From a virus, in IMG/VR virus record IMGVR_UViG_3300042691_047309, positions 1 to 64,000 of that record: 64,000 bases of DNA. One strand, 5' to 3'. Of the stretch, positions 27,266 to 36,916 are shown one piece after another (the stretch's first letter is position 1; the number at the start of each line of letters is the position of its first letter). A model generated the notes under the pieces. The model did no database searches. It was not told the DNA's origin and saw only the letters and a program-made list of their open reading frames with translations. The translations under genes and the position numbers were made by a program.

Positions 27266-29415
27266 TTCTTAAATTTATTTTTTGACTTATCAAGCACTTC
27301 TTTAGCTTTAAGTTCTTGAGATTTTAATAAGTCTTTTGGTTTAGGATTAATTCCTTGTTTAATCAAGTCCTGTTTGTTAGTTGGTTTTGGAGTTGGTGCA
27401 ACTTCTTGAGATATATTTGAATTATTTTGTGGTAGATTTGTTTGAGCAGCCTGAGCTAAAGCTTGTGAAACAGCAGCTGATGTTAAGTTACTCAAAAGAG
27501 ATGGATCTAATTTTATCTCTTTAGCTAAATCTTCTTTAGAAGATTCTTTGATTGAGTCTTTAATACTTTGAGCATTAAGTTCTGCTAAATTCTTAGGACT
27601 ATCATGTAATTTAAATAGACCTGAGTAAATTAGCGAGGAGTTTGCCCCAGTAGAACCAACTATATAAAATATGTTTGAATTTGAATTAAATATCTTTTTG
27701 ATATCACCCATTCTATTTTCTGGTATTCTAAATACAACTTGTCCATTTTTTAAATTGACCTCATTAGATTGTGTGTATAGTGGAAAAGATGCTTCTAAGA
27801 CATCATTTTTTATAACAAATTTTAACTCGGTAAATCCAGTCAAATCGTAAAATTCTGGACTTTCATTTGTTCCTTTTGCTATACTAAACTTTAATACATT
27901 ATCAAATGGGTATAGGGTAATTGTCATTTTTGAATTGCCAAAATATTTGTTATTTCCAAAGTTTGCATTTTCACTTTTAGTAATAATATTAAACCTATCA
28001 TATAATACAGGATAGGGAACATTGACCGTTTGAATTGAAACTTGTGGATTTGCTGGTTGAGTAGATGCAGAGCTCATTGATGATATATTTGATGGTGCAT
28101 TTGAAACTAAACCATTATTAAGTGGATTGATATTATTATTTGAAATATTCACATCGTTTGTTAAAATCGAATTAGCCGAAGCCGGAGCAATTTGTCTTGG
28201 GGGAAGAGAAAGTCTATTTTTTCTAACTTTTATCATTCCCATTGAATTAGCCAAACCAACAAGTGATGGATCGATTGAATTCTTAATATTATAAATTTTT
28301 GGTTTAGATGCCTTTTGTAAATTTATTTTTATCAACTTTAATGAATATCTAGCAACCTCATCTTGTAACATACCGTAAGAACCTCTTCTTACTACATAAG
28401 TCTCATCAACAGCATCTATTAATCTCATTTCAACATCTATAATTGCGGTTGTCGTTGAGAATTTAATTATTGGTCTATATTCTATTGTTTCGTTGAAGTT
28501 ATCTGTCACTATAGTTGTCAATGTTTTACCTCTTACGTTCTGTTCAAAAGTAGTAATTTGATATTCAACATAGTATCTATGACCTGCATAAACAGAGTCA
28601 TCAATAAACTGTTTAAATCCACCAATTGTTCCGTTATATGTAGCGTAAATCTCAAAAAAATCACCATTGTTAGAGTGCTTAATCATAAGTCCTAAATCTT
28701 CTAGTTCTGGTGTTTGTGGAACTGTTGTTGAGATTTTAGGAGCTAAAATATAAGTTGAAATACCATTTACTGTTTGTATATTATTAATAAAATTAAAATC
28801 AATAAATACTGGAGAAGTTAAGCTAAAACCGGCATTGTTAGTTAGATTAGCATTTATACTATTTTCTTTTGGTCTATTATTTTGCCTTTGAAGAGCAATT
28901 GCCCCGAGTGCCGGAATATCAATTGTAATATTTTTACCCCAAAGTTTTTCTTGAAACAATAAAGGAGGAGATGAATAATTTAGTAAATAAGACTGACTCA
29001 CATCACTCATATCAAAATAAAAATTACTCAAATCAAAAGATTGTTGTAATACTGTGTCAAATCCATAAACTCTTATATAAAACCCAAGATATTCTCCAAA
29101 AGTCCAATTGACTGGTAAGTGTATTCTAATTGTATCGTGTTTTATTGGAGCGGGTGCTGAATAATTTCTTAATTGTAAAAATGTATAGTATGATGGATCA
29201 ATTTTACCATATCTATTAGAAATATTATCTAATCTAAAAAGAGAATTTCCTCTAGTGTTGTTAGTACCTGATGTAGAAGTAGCTAAATATGAGAATCTTT
29301 TTTCTTTAGAATTGACTAGTACTTCGTAAGCTTCTGATAAGTTATTCTCTGAATCATAAACATATTCTAGTAATATGTTTTTATCTAGTTTTACAAATTT
29401 AGAGATTTTCGACAT
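27262..29415 (-). CDS. large hypothetical protein, probably structural
   Basis: 717 aa, beta-rich, N/S/P linker, late-type motif upstream, coupled to the tube-like gene. Confidence 0.55.
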   Translation of the reverse strand: MSKISKFVKLDKNILLEYVYDSENNLSEAYEVLVNSKEKRFSYLATSTSGTNNTRGNSLFRLDNISNRYGKIDPSYYTFLQLRNYSAPAPIKHDTIRIHLPVNWTFGEYLGFYIRVYGFDTVLQQSFDLSNFYFDMSDVSQSYLLNYSSPPLLFQEKLWGKNITIDIPALGAIALQRQNNRPKENSINANLTNNAGFSLTSPVFIDFNFINNIQTVNGISTYILAPKISTTVPQTPELEDLGLMIKHSNNGDFFEIYATYNGTIGGFKQFIDDSVYAGHRYYVEYQITTFEQNVRGKTLTTIVTDNFNETIEYRPIIKFSTTTAIIDVEMRLIDAVDETYVVRRGSYGMLQDEVARYSLKLIKINLQKASKPKIYNIKNSIDPSLVGLANSMGMIKVRKNRLSLPPRQIAPASANSILTNDVNISNNNINPLNNGLVSNAPSNISSMSSASTQPANPQVSIQTVNVPYPVLYDRFNIITKSENANFGNNKYFGNSKMTITLYPFDNVLKFSIAKGTNESPEFYDLTGFTELKFVIKNDVLEASFPLYTQSNEVNLKNGQVVFRIPENRMGDIKKIFNSNSNIFYIVGSTGANSSLIYSGLFKLHDSPKNLAELNAQSIKDSIKESSKEDLAKEIKLDPSLLSNLTSAAVSQALAQAAQTNLPQNNSNISQEVAPTPKPTNKQDLIKQGINPKPKDLLKSQELKAKEVLDKSKNKFKK

Positions 29416-29464
29416 TGATATATTTCAACTATTTTAAAGTATATATAAAAAAAATAACCTTTCA

Positions 29465-29863
29465 TTACGAAAGGTTTTCTTTAATCAATCTTTGTCTGAC
29501 ATATTCTATTATATCATTTTCCGGAGTATCTGAATGTTTCAATTTGATGTTTCTCCAGAGCTCGGCTTCTTCTTGTCCTAGTTTTTCAATTTTTTCATTT
29601 AGAGGTTTTAAAGACTCTTCAAGTTTTTTTCCTTCTAATTCAGTACCATCTAAGACTTTAGTTATTTGTTTTAAAACTTCTTCAGAAGTTATGTCGGTTC
29701 GATTTTTCAAATTATTTTGAATTGTTGTGAGTTCATTTTGTAACTCTTCTAGTTTTGTCACCACATCACTAGCTTTTTTTCTATAAAAATTCATGCTATT
29801 GTTTAAACCAAGATATTCTCTTCTTATTTTTATAGCGGACTGAACTAAATTCTCATCTATCAT
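29465..29863 (-). CDS. coiled-coil hypothetical protein
   Basis: Heptad-rich ORF coupled to the upstream gene. Confidence 0.6.
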   Translation of the reverse strand: MIDENLVQSAIKIRREYLGLNNSMNFYRKKASDVVTKLEELQNELTTIQNNLKNRTDITSEEVLKQITKVLDGTELEGKKLEESLKPLNEKIEKLGQEEAELWRNIKLKHSDTPENDIIEYVRQRLIKENLS

Positions 29864-30876
29864 TTTTCGTCTGATTCTTTTTTAGCTCTGGGTTTTCTAG
29901 TAGTTGTTTTTTTAGGAAGGTCTTTTGATAAAACCGGTTCTTTCTCAAAAGAAAGTGGTTCATTTTTTTCAACTTGAGTAACCGAATCGGTAATTTGATC
30001 ATTTACTGTTTGAATATTTTTAGAATCTTTCTTTGTCTCTTTCTTCTCCTTATTTGTTGTATTGAAATTTGAGGATAGTGTGGTAGGGGCGCCATAAACA
30101 AGTTGTTTAATTTTACTTTTGATAGTTTCTCTTATAGTTGATGGATCTTGTAGAATTTTATTTGTAAATTCATCTGCTAAGAAATCAATCATTGAAATCT
30201 CATAAGAGTCTTCCATCATTTCAATAAAGTCTAATCTTGGAATTTTATCTGAAATTTCAACATTTATTTTAAATTCTACATTTCTTTTAGTTCGTTTAAA
30301 CATTGTTAAAATAGGATCTTCTACAGAAGTTACCTGTTGAACTGGATTATAATTTTGTTCAGGAATATCTCTATTTATTTCAATTCTTTGAACTGGTTCA
30401 TTAACTACTGGTCTGGCTATTGTCGGTAACTCATTTTCAGCATCCTCTCCTAACAATTTAGCAAATGCTTCGTTTTGTCTTGAGGTAGCCTCTATTGGAT
30501 TTGGATTTACTCCATATTTTCTAGCAAGTTCTGCTTTTTCATCTTCTTCTGTAGTCATAATAATTGCGCTTTCATTTGAAACCGGACCAAAGCTATCATA
30601 AGTGGTTGATGGATTTACTTTTATATTTCCATCATCATCGTCATTTATATGATTCGTTGGTATAGTTTTTATTTTTTCAAAAAGAGAATTGTAAGCTCCT
30701 TGATTATTGAAAAATTGATTTGGATCTATTTGTTCAGTATATTGATTCGAATCCATAAGTGTTCTAACATCTATTTTTTGTTTATTTTCAAGTATTGCAA
30801 TGTTTTCAAAAGAATCAATAACTTTGATTGTTTCACCAGTCTTATTATTTTTAAATGTTTTATTGGCTATACTCAT
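29860..30876 (-). CDS. hypothetical protein
   Basis: 338-aa ORF; TATAAATA upstream on the minus strand. Confidence 0.65.
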   Translation of the reverse strand: MSIANKTFKNNKTGETIKVIDSFENIAILENKQKIDVRTLMDSNQYTEQIDPNQFFNNQGAYNSLFEKIKTIPTNHINDDDDGNIKVNPSTTYDSFGPVSNESAIIMTTEEDEKAELARKYGVNPNPIEATSRQNEAFAKLLGEDAENELPTIARPVVNEPVQRIEINRDIPEQNYNPVQQVTSVEDPILTMFKRTKRNVEFKINVEISDKIPRLDFIEMMEDSYEISMIDFLADEFTNKILQDPSTIRETIKSKIKQLVYGAPTTLSSNFNTTNKEKKETKKDSKNIQTVNDQITDSVTQVEKNEPLSFEKEPVLSKDLPKKTTTRKPRAKKESDEK

Positions 30877-30940
30877 AATAATATATTACATTTTTATCTT
30901 TATTTATATAAAAAAATTATTTTTAGTTTATATAAAACAA

Positions 30941-30968
30941 AAAAATCCCACAAAAAAATTGTGGGATT
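30941..30968. terminator. stem-loop terminator downstream of the SSB gene
   Basis: AATCCCACAA/TTGTGGGATT inverted repeat with flanking A-run. Confidence 0.65.
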
Positions 30969-30986
30969 ATAAAATTTTATTTGTTA

Positions 30987-31952
30987 TTAGAGGTCACTAA
31001 AAAAGTCATCCTCGTCTTCTTCAACAGATGCTGATGAAGTAGATGCTGAGAAGTTATCTTCAAAGTCGAAATCATCAGAAGATGGTTTTGACTCAGTCTT
31101 AGCGTTTGAGTAAGAAGAAGAAGCTTTACCTGTTAAGAAATTAGTAATTTCTGTAATTTTAGATTGTTGTTCTTCGGTCAATTTCTTAGGAGAGTACTCT
31201 TCTAAGTCATGATCTCTTTCTAATAAAAATTCTCTGATTTTACCTTGAACAGATGCTTCAATTTTACCCTCATTAAGTGGTGCGTTTTTGAAAGCTCCTT
31301 TATCTTTAAAGTAAATAGGAAGAGAAGTTGTTTCTGGTTTAAACATACTCATTTTGTAATCAGGGTAAGTTTCATCACCAGTTTGGATTTCTTTAACTAC
31401 TAATACAAAATCTTTACCAGCAGCCAAGTCAAAAACATTACAAGGAACTCCGGAGATTTCTCCGTTTTTCTCAGCCATGATTTTATCTTTGATTGTTTTA
31501 CCATATTGGAAAATCATAATTTTACCAACGTTTTCTGGTTGTTGCTCATCTTCAAGAACTAAAACATAAGAGTAGTACTTCTTAGAATACTTCAATTGTT
31601 TTGATTTCTCAATAAGAATTGCATTTTTAGAATTTTGCATTGTGTAGTAAAGATCAGTCAAAGCGCATTTCTCATCGAAATTCTTTGGACTATCAAACCA
31701 TCCACTCAACTCTCTAGGTTGTTTAATATCAACATAGTGAGTGATTTTCTCAATTGCTGATTGACCAACTTTACCATCTTTGGTCAAATTAGGAAGAAAT
31801 CTCACTACAGATCTCCATCCTCTTTTTTTGTCCTTACATTTTGCAAGGTCAACACGGTAAATACCGTCGTTGTTTGTTGTTGTTTTTTGCTCATTTAAGA
31901 AGTCCATTTTGCTGTCTAAGCCTCCATTAAATAAATCATCAAAATCTGCCAT
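30987..31952 (-). CDS. T4 gp32-like single-stranded DNA-binding protein
   Basis: VVRFLP, YYSYVLV, GKIMIFQYGKTI, GKDF, YPDY, acidic tail DDFFSDL. Confidence 0.85.
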   Translation of the reverse strand: MADFDDLFNGGLDSKMDFLNEQKTTTNNDGIYRVDLAKCKDKKRGWRSVVRFLPNLTKDGKVGQSAIEKITHYVDIKQPRELSGWFDSPKNFDEKCALTDLYYTMQNSKNAILIEKSKQLKYSKKYYSYVLVLEDEQQPENVGKIMIFQYGKTIKDKIMAEKNGEISGVPCNVFDLAAGKDFVLVVKEIQTGDETYPDYKMSMFKPETTSLPIYFKDKGAFKNAPLNEGKIEASVQGKIREFLLERDHDLEEYSPKKLTEEQQSKITEITNFLTGKASSSYSNAKTESKPSSDDFDFEDNFSASTSSASVEEDEDDFFSDL

Positions 31953-32067
31953 AATTGCCTTTTATTTTTTTTTATTTCAGTCTATAAAACTGATAGTATT
32001 TATATTAAAATTTATTTGGAAAGTTTATAAATTTTTACTATAGTTCCAAACTTATTTTAACATAATA

Positions 32068-32805
32068 TTATATGAAATGATTTGTTACTTGTTTATCCAG
32101 ATTATGTTCATTGAATATATTAATAAGACTTTTATATTCTTCATCTGAACAATTTACTAAATATAAGTTTGAGTGTATAAAAGTTATCACATCACCGTTA
32201 TTTTCATCTACATAATCTTCTTTCCAGAAGCCATAAAGTGGTCTAAAATCAGTTGATTCATAAACCATTTTCAGTCTTTCTATTACCTCATCTAAATGTT
32301 CGGGTAGAAATATATCAAATGTCATATAAATAAAAGGATAAGCTTTTACTACTCCTCTTTCAATATTTTCTACAAGTAATTCCTCAAAAGTTTTACCAGT
32401 AACTCCAGACTTTTCAAGGTTAGTCCTTTTTTCTTCTACATCATCTAAATGTAACCACTCAACATTTCTTCTAAGAATTCCTTTATTTAGGTTTTTGACT
32501 GGATCCATAAAAAAATCAGACCATTTATCTCCAAATAAATCATAAGGTTTTTCTTCATACCAATTTCTTTCTTTCCACGACATCTCGTGATAAAGGTCAG
32601 ATTGAATAGTTCTATCCCATTTTTGTGGAAAGAAAAGATATCCACCGTCAATAAATTTACTCAAAGCTTCAGCACTATTATTATAGTTAAATTTAGTTAT
32701 CCCATCATCTTCTAACTCTATGAAGAAATCATGTAACTCTGTATATGTTGGAAAGTGTATTTTACCAACAGACTCAAATAATTTATATGATTTTATATAC
32801 TTCAT
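32068..32805 (-). CDS. N-tagged hypothetical protein (putative head-internal)
   Basis: MKYIKSYKLFES; HDFFIELEDDG family motif. Confidence 0.7.
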   Translation of the reverse strand: MKYIKSYKLFESVGKIHFPTYTELHDFFIELEDDGITKFNYNNSAEALSKFIDGGYLFFPQKWDRTIQSDLYHEMSWKERNWYEEKPYDLFGDKWSDFFMDPVKNLNKGILRRNVEWLHLDDVEEKRTNLEKSGVTGKTFEELLVENIERGVVKAYPFIYMTFDIFLPEHLDEVIERLKMVYESTDFRPLYGFWKEDYVDENNGDVITFIHSNLYLVNCSDEEYKSLINIFNEHNLDKQVTNHFI

Positions 32806-33641
32806 TACATTTTCAATAATATTTTTAAAGTATAATCATATATCGGTCTTGAAGTGTCAAAATATCTTTCATCCCTTGAAAAGGGCCAAAGAACTTCTTC
32901 ATAGTCTAATTCTGCTGTAATCAAGTCAATTCTATCATCTAATTCTTTTTCTAAGTCTAATAAACTCATTTGACCTGTTCTGTGAGAATCTACCGATGAC
33001 CAACCACCAATGTCAATTACCACACCTGGTTGATACATACTAAGAACATTTTCAGGAGAATATAATTTTAATTTTCTCATCTCATATTCTTTAAGTTCAG
33101 TAAATTCTGAGAAGTCAAAATTCTGACATTGCCACTTTTTATCTGTAACAAATTCAGATTCTGGTGCTGTTCTAAAATTGACTTCAGTATCTATCAATCT
33201 TGAACAAGATACCGTTGGTCTTACAATTTCAAAAATTATATTATGTAAAATATAACTTTTTCTTTTCATATCATCTGATTCAAAAATAGGCATAGTTCCA
33301 TTATACTTAAGCTCGTTAATATCATTTACTCTATCATAATCTCCATAAAGAACGGCACAATAAATATTCTTTTCTTTTTCATCAGGTAGAGTGTCATAGA
33401 TTTCAAGCATCGCATCTTTTATATGATTCAAATCAACTTCTGAAAGTATTTGAAACATTCTATCAACATGAGACTTTATTTTCTGCCACCAACCATCTCC
33501 TACAAAATGGTCAGTCCATCTTTCTAATTGTGATATATCATTATTTGACCAGTGATTATTTCTAAGATAATCATAGAAATCAAAAATAGAATATTCTTTT
33601 TGAGACTCTAAAAAAGATTTATATGTTTCTAATTTTTTCAT
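32805..33641 (-). CDS. N-tagged hypothetical protein
   Basis: MKKLETYKSFLES. Confidence 0.7.
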   Translation of the reverse strand: MKKLETYKSFLESQKEYSIFDFYDYLRNNHWSNNDISQLERWTDHFVGDGWWQKIKSHVDRMFQILSEVDLNHIKDAMLEIYDTLPDEKEKNIYCAVLYGDYDRVNDINELKYNGTMPIFESDDMKRKSYILHNIIFEIVRPTVSCSRLIDTEVNFRTAPESEFVTDKKWQCQNFDFSEFTELKEYEMRKLKLYSPENVLSMYQPGVVIDIGGWSSVDSHRTGQMSLLDLEKELDDRIDLITAELDYEEVLWPFSRDERYFDTSRPIYDYTLKILLKM

Positions 33642-35344
33642 CTTAAAGTTTTTATTCTTTCTACTTGATATTTCATTATATCAACATCTTGATTTTGTTT
33701 AAGTAAATCAATTATCTTTTGATACATTTGTATTGTTATCCTACAGTCTGTAATGGCGTCGTGATAACCCATCATATTAACTCCTAAGACCGGTCCTATT
33801 TTAGCCATTGATGATGATATAAGTCCGTTATCTCTTGTAGATGTTCCTATAAAATCAATCATTTCTTTATATTTAGTATCTGTTTCAGCTAATGTTTGTA
33901 ATAGAGGTAAGAAATATAACTGAATCAACATTTTAGTATCAAATACTTCGCTTTCAATTTTGTGACCGTATCTTCCACTTAGCATTGCCATATCAAAACT
34001 CGCATTTTGAGCAACTAATATATTTGGTGAGTAATTACTAACCCATCTGAAAAAGTCATCTACTATATCTTTTTCATTTTTATATTTATAATCACCTGAT
34101 CCATAGTGATTAAACCCCAATACCCACTTAGTTTTATCCTCAGGTTGTAGAAACTTTGATTTAGTTTCATCTGTTAATTTTATCTTTTCATCAAATGTTC
34201 CTATTTCACTAAAATTGTTTGATTTGAAATCATACTGAGTTGCTATTGCAGATACTTGAGTTAATTGTTGTTGTTTTGGACCACCTAACCCAGTCGTTTC
34301 GGTGTCGCACCAGATAAACGGCAGTGTGGATTTAGATTCTAACCACTCTAATATTTCTGGTATAGTTTTATACCACATTTTATTTTCATTCAATCCTTCC
34401 TCTACCTTATCAAAATGTATATAAACTTGCTCAGATATCGTTCCTTCATTAAGTGTTTTAATTTTTGTTGAAAATCCTTCAGATTCTAAATAACTTATAG
34501 TTGCCTCAACAACAGGACTTATTTCATTCCAAAACTCATCGTGAGTTAGTCTTCTTTGATTTTTAATCCAAACATAAGGACCATGTAACCAATAGTGTTT
34601 TTTATCTTTCGGTCTTATTAAGTCAATAAATGAATTAAGTTTGGAAGGTGACTCTGTGAATCCACTGATATGTGGTCTGTATCCTAAATCTTCTAATTCT
34701 AAAAGAATATTTCTTAAATAAGATTCCAATTCCAATCTAATTGGACTAGTTGGTAGTTTCCACTCAGAGTCATATTCTATACCTTCATGTTTAATTGATT
34801 CATTTGTTTTATAGTCAAATTTAACTTTTTCACCCGATGGCATTGAGTAAGTAATCTTATCAACATTTTTTACTTCATATTTATAACCAGGATTGACATA
34901 CTTTTTACCTGTTCCCTTTTTAACATAAGCAATTGTTATGTGTGGTTTGTAATCAGGATACTGATCTGAATTAGGAAACTTAGAAAGCTCATCGTGTAAG
35001 TATTGTAAAGCACCATCCGGTTTTACATTAAACTTAACAACATCAAACTTCTCATTCTCAAAGATATCTATACCATCTACTACTATGTTTATATTGTCTG
35101 TAAAGTTATCAAATACAGATTTTACCATATCTGGAGTTACCGTATCATGAAGACCATAGAGTAAAGTAAGGTGTGGGTTATTTTGAATTCCGTATGTTGA
35201 ATCTCCTTCTTCTTCATAAATATCTTCCTCATCAATAGATGATGTTATCTCATTCCAGTTACTAACTGGGATTTCGACCATAACACATCCATATTGATAG
35301 CCTGATGACTCCTTAATAAATTGTATGTAGTTTTTGATTTTCAT
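33638..35344 (-). CDS. N-tagged multidomain protein: 2H phosphoesterase + family domain + DEDDh exonuclease
   Basis: MKIKNYIQFIKES; HLTL and HITI; DTETTG, QNASFD, HDAITD; junctions KTNES and LNEN. Confidence 0.8.
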   Translation of the reverse strand: MKIKNYIQFIKESSGYQYGCVMVEIPVSNWNEITSSIDEEDIYEEEGDSTYGIQNNPHLTLLYGLHDTVTPDMVKSVFDNFTDNINIVVDGIDIFENEKFDVVKFNVKPDGALQYLHDELSKFPNSDQYPDYKPHITIAYVKKGTGKKYVNPGYKYEVKNVDKITYSMPSGEKVKFDYKTNESIKHEGIEYDSEWKLPTSPIRLELESYLRNILLELEDLGYRPHISGFTESPSKLNSFIDLIRPKDKKHYWLHGPYVWIKNQRRLTHDEFWNEISPVVEATISYLESEGFSTKIKTLNEGTISEQVYIHFDKVEEGLNENKMWYKTIPEILEWLESKSTLPFIWCDTETTGLGGPKQQQLTQVSAIATQYDFKSNNFSEIGTFDEKIKLTDETKSKFLQPEDKTKWVLGFNHYGSGDYKYKNEKDIVDDFFRWVSNYSPNILVAQNASFDMAMLSGRYGHKIESEVFDTKMLIQLYFLPLLQTLAETDTKYKEMIDFIGTSTRDNGLISSSMAKIGPVLGVNMMGYHDAITDCRITIQMYQKIIDLLKQNQDVDIMKYQVERIKTLR

Positions 35345-35766
35345 TAAAATGCTCTTCGTCGTTCTTTTTTATTTTTAAATATTTCGATAAATATATAATC
35401 TCTATATTCTGAAAATTGCAATTTATAATCAGGATATTTATCTGATAATCTTTTTAGACTAACTTTGACTTCTTGTAATAACTCGTTGTTAGTGTTATGA
35501 TTTTCAATATGGTTATAAATAGAAGAATTTTGGTCACCAATAAGATTTGCTGTCTTAGCAGTTTTGTGGTCTATATCAACTATCGTTTTTAATGTAATAG
35601 TTATATATGGTTCTGTTTGATCACCCATCAACATGGAGACTGAATCTCTTTCTATTAATTTTATTTCAGCTCTCTCATCATCTAATAATTCGGCAAAACA
35701 TTGATAAACATAATCATAATCTATGTAATCATTTTCACTTTCATTAAATCTTCTTAGCCTTTTCAT
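35344..35766 (-). CDS. N-tagged hypothetical protein, paralogue of 35803-36195
   Basis: MKRLRRFNES; IDYDYVYQCFAELLDD shared. Confidence 0.7.
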   Translation of the reverse strand: MKRLRRFNESENDYIDYDYVYQCFAELLDDERAEIKLIERDSVSMLMGDQTEPYITITLKTIVDIDHKTAKTANLIGDQNSSIYNHIENHNTNNELLQEVKVSLKRLSDKYPDYKLQFSEYRDYIFIEIFKNKKERRRAF

Positions 35767-35802
35767 TATATTTCTCCTATTTTATATAGTTTTTTATTTT
35801 CA

Positions 35803-36195
35803 TTAAAATGGATATTGTTCTTTTTTCTCTTCACCACCAAATATGTTAATATGAATTGAATAACCAAATATGTCAAAATTAATTTTATAAGTTGGATATT
35901 CTTCTGATAATCTATTTAAAGCAACTTCAACTTCTTGTAACAATTCGCTATTTGATTTTACGCCGTTTATGTAGTCAAATAATTTAGACCTTTCAATAGT
36001 GACAGTTCCTCCGTTATCTCTTCTTTCTGGATTAGATTGATTAATTTTCAAATCTATGGTAATATACTTTTGATAATCATTTTCAAATTCTCTAATTTGT
36101 GCTTTATTATCATCTAACAATTCAGCGAAGCACTGATAAACATAATCATAATCTATATCAATTTTACTTTCATTAAATCTTCTTAGTCTTTTCAT
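35803..36195 (-). CDS. N-tagged hypothetical protein, paralogue of 35344-35766
   Basis: MKRLRRFNES; ELLQEV..L.RLS..YP.YK shared. Confidence 0.7.
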   Translation of the reverse strand: MKRLRRFNESKIDIDYDYVYQCFAELLDDNKAQIREFENDYQKYITIDLKINQSNPERRDNGGTVTIERSKLFDYINGVKSNSELLQEVEVALNRLSEEYPTYKINFDIFGYSIHINIFGGEEKKEQYPF

Positions 36196-36662
36196 TATAT
36201 TTCTTCTATTTTATATTTCATAAATCTCATAAACTTGTTATGTAATTCATTTCTATCCTCTACATTAAATACAAGGTTATTAACTTTCATGTAACTAACC
36301 ATTCTTGGAAAATCATCTATTTTAGATATCTTATAACCTAAGTAGTCTAAACTATCTTCTAAGTGTTGATATTCTTCTGGATAAATCCTACTCAAATCTC
36401 CAGTTGTTTGTTTATAAACAAACATGTCAAATCCACTTTCATCTGGAACTAATTTTATTAAAAATAAAAAAGAACGTTCTTTTTCAGGTACACTATTTAA
36501 AAATTCATCTATGTCTAAATTAATAAAGAATATATCTTTACTATCATCATTTTTTATAACAGCTATCTTATAGTCGTCTATTTGATTCTCAAAACAAGAA
36601 AGAATGACTTCTTCTAATTCCTGTTTAGACTCAAATAATTTATATGATTTAAGAAACCTCAT
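36195..36662 (-). CDS. N-tagged hypothetical protein
   Basis: MRFLKSYKLFES; late motif at 36667-36677. Confidence 0.7.
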   Translation of the reverse strand: MRFLKSYKLFESKQELEEVILSCFENQIDDYKIAVIKNDDSKDIFFINLDIDEFLNSVPEKERSFLFLIKLVPDESGFDMFVYKQTTGDLSRIYPEEYQHLEDSLDYLGYKISKIDDFPRMVSYMKVNNLVFNVEDRNELHNKFMRFMKYKIEEI

Positions 36663-36724
36663 AATTGTATATATTAATTTGTCATCTTAAAAAGGATTAT
36701 TATCTTTGTAGAAATAATTAAAAG

Positions 36725-36916
36725 ATGGCAAGAGAAAAAGATATTATTAGATTAGAGAAAGAGATTAAAAGTAAAATGGCTCAGATTAAAAACAAAAAAT
36801 TAGCACCATCTGAGTCTGGTATTGGAAAACTTATCAATCTAATGAAAACTTTTGATGAGCCTCTTTTTGATAAATTGATGTCTGATTATAAACAGATACT
36901 CAAAGATATAAAGTAA
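36725..36916 (+). CDS. small hypothetical protein
   Basis: TTTG-N19-TATCTTTG promoter at 36678-36708. Confidence 0.6.
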   Translation: MAREKDIIRLEKEIKSKMAQIKNKKLAPSESGIGKLINLMKTFDEPLFDKLMSDYKQILKDIK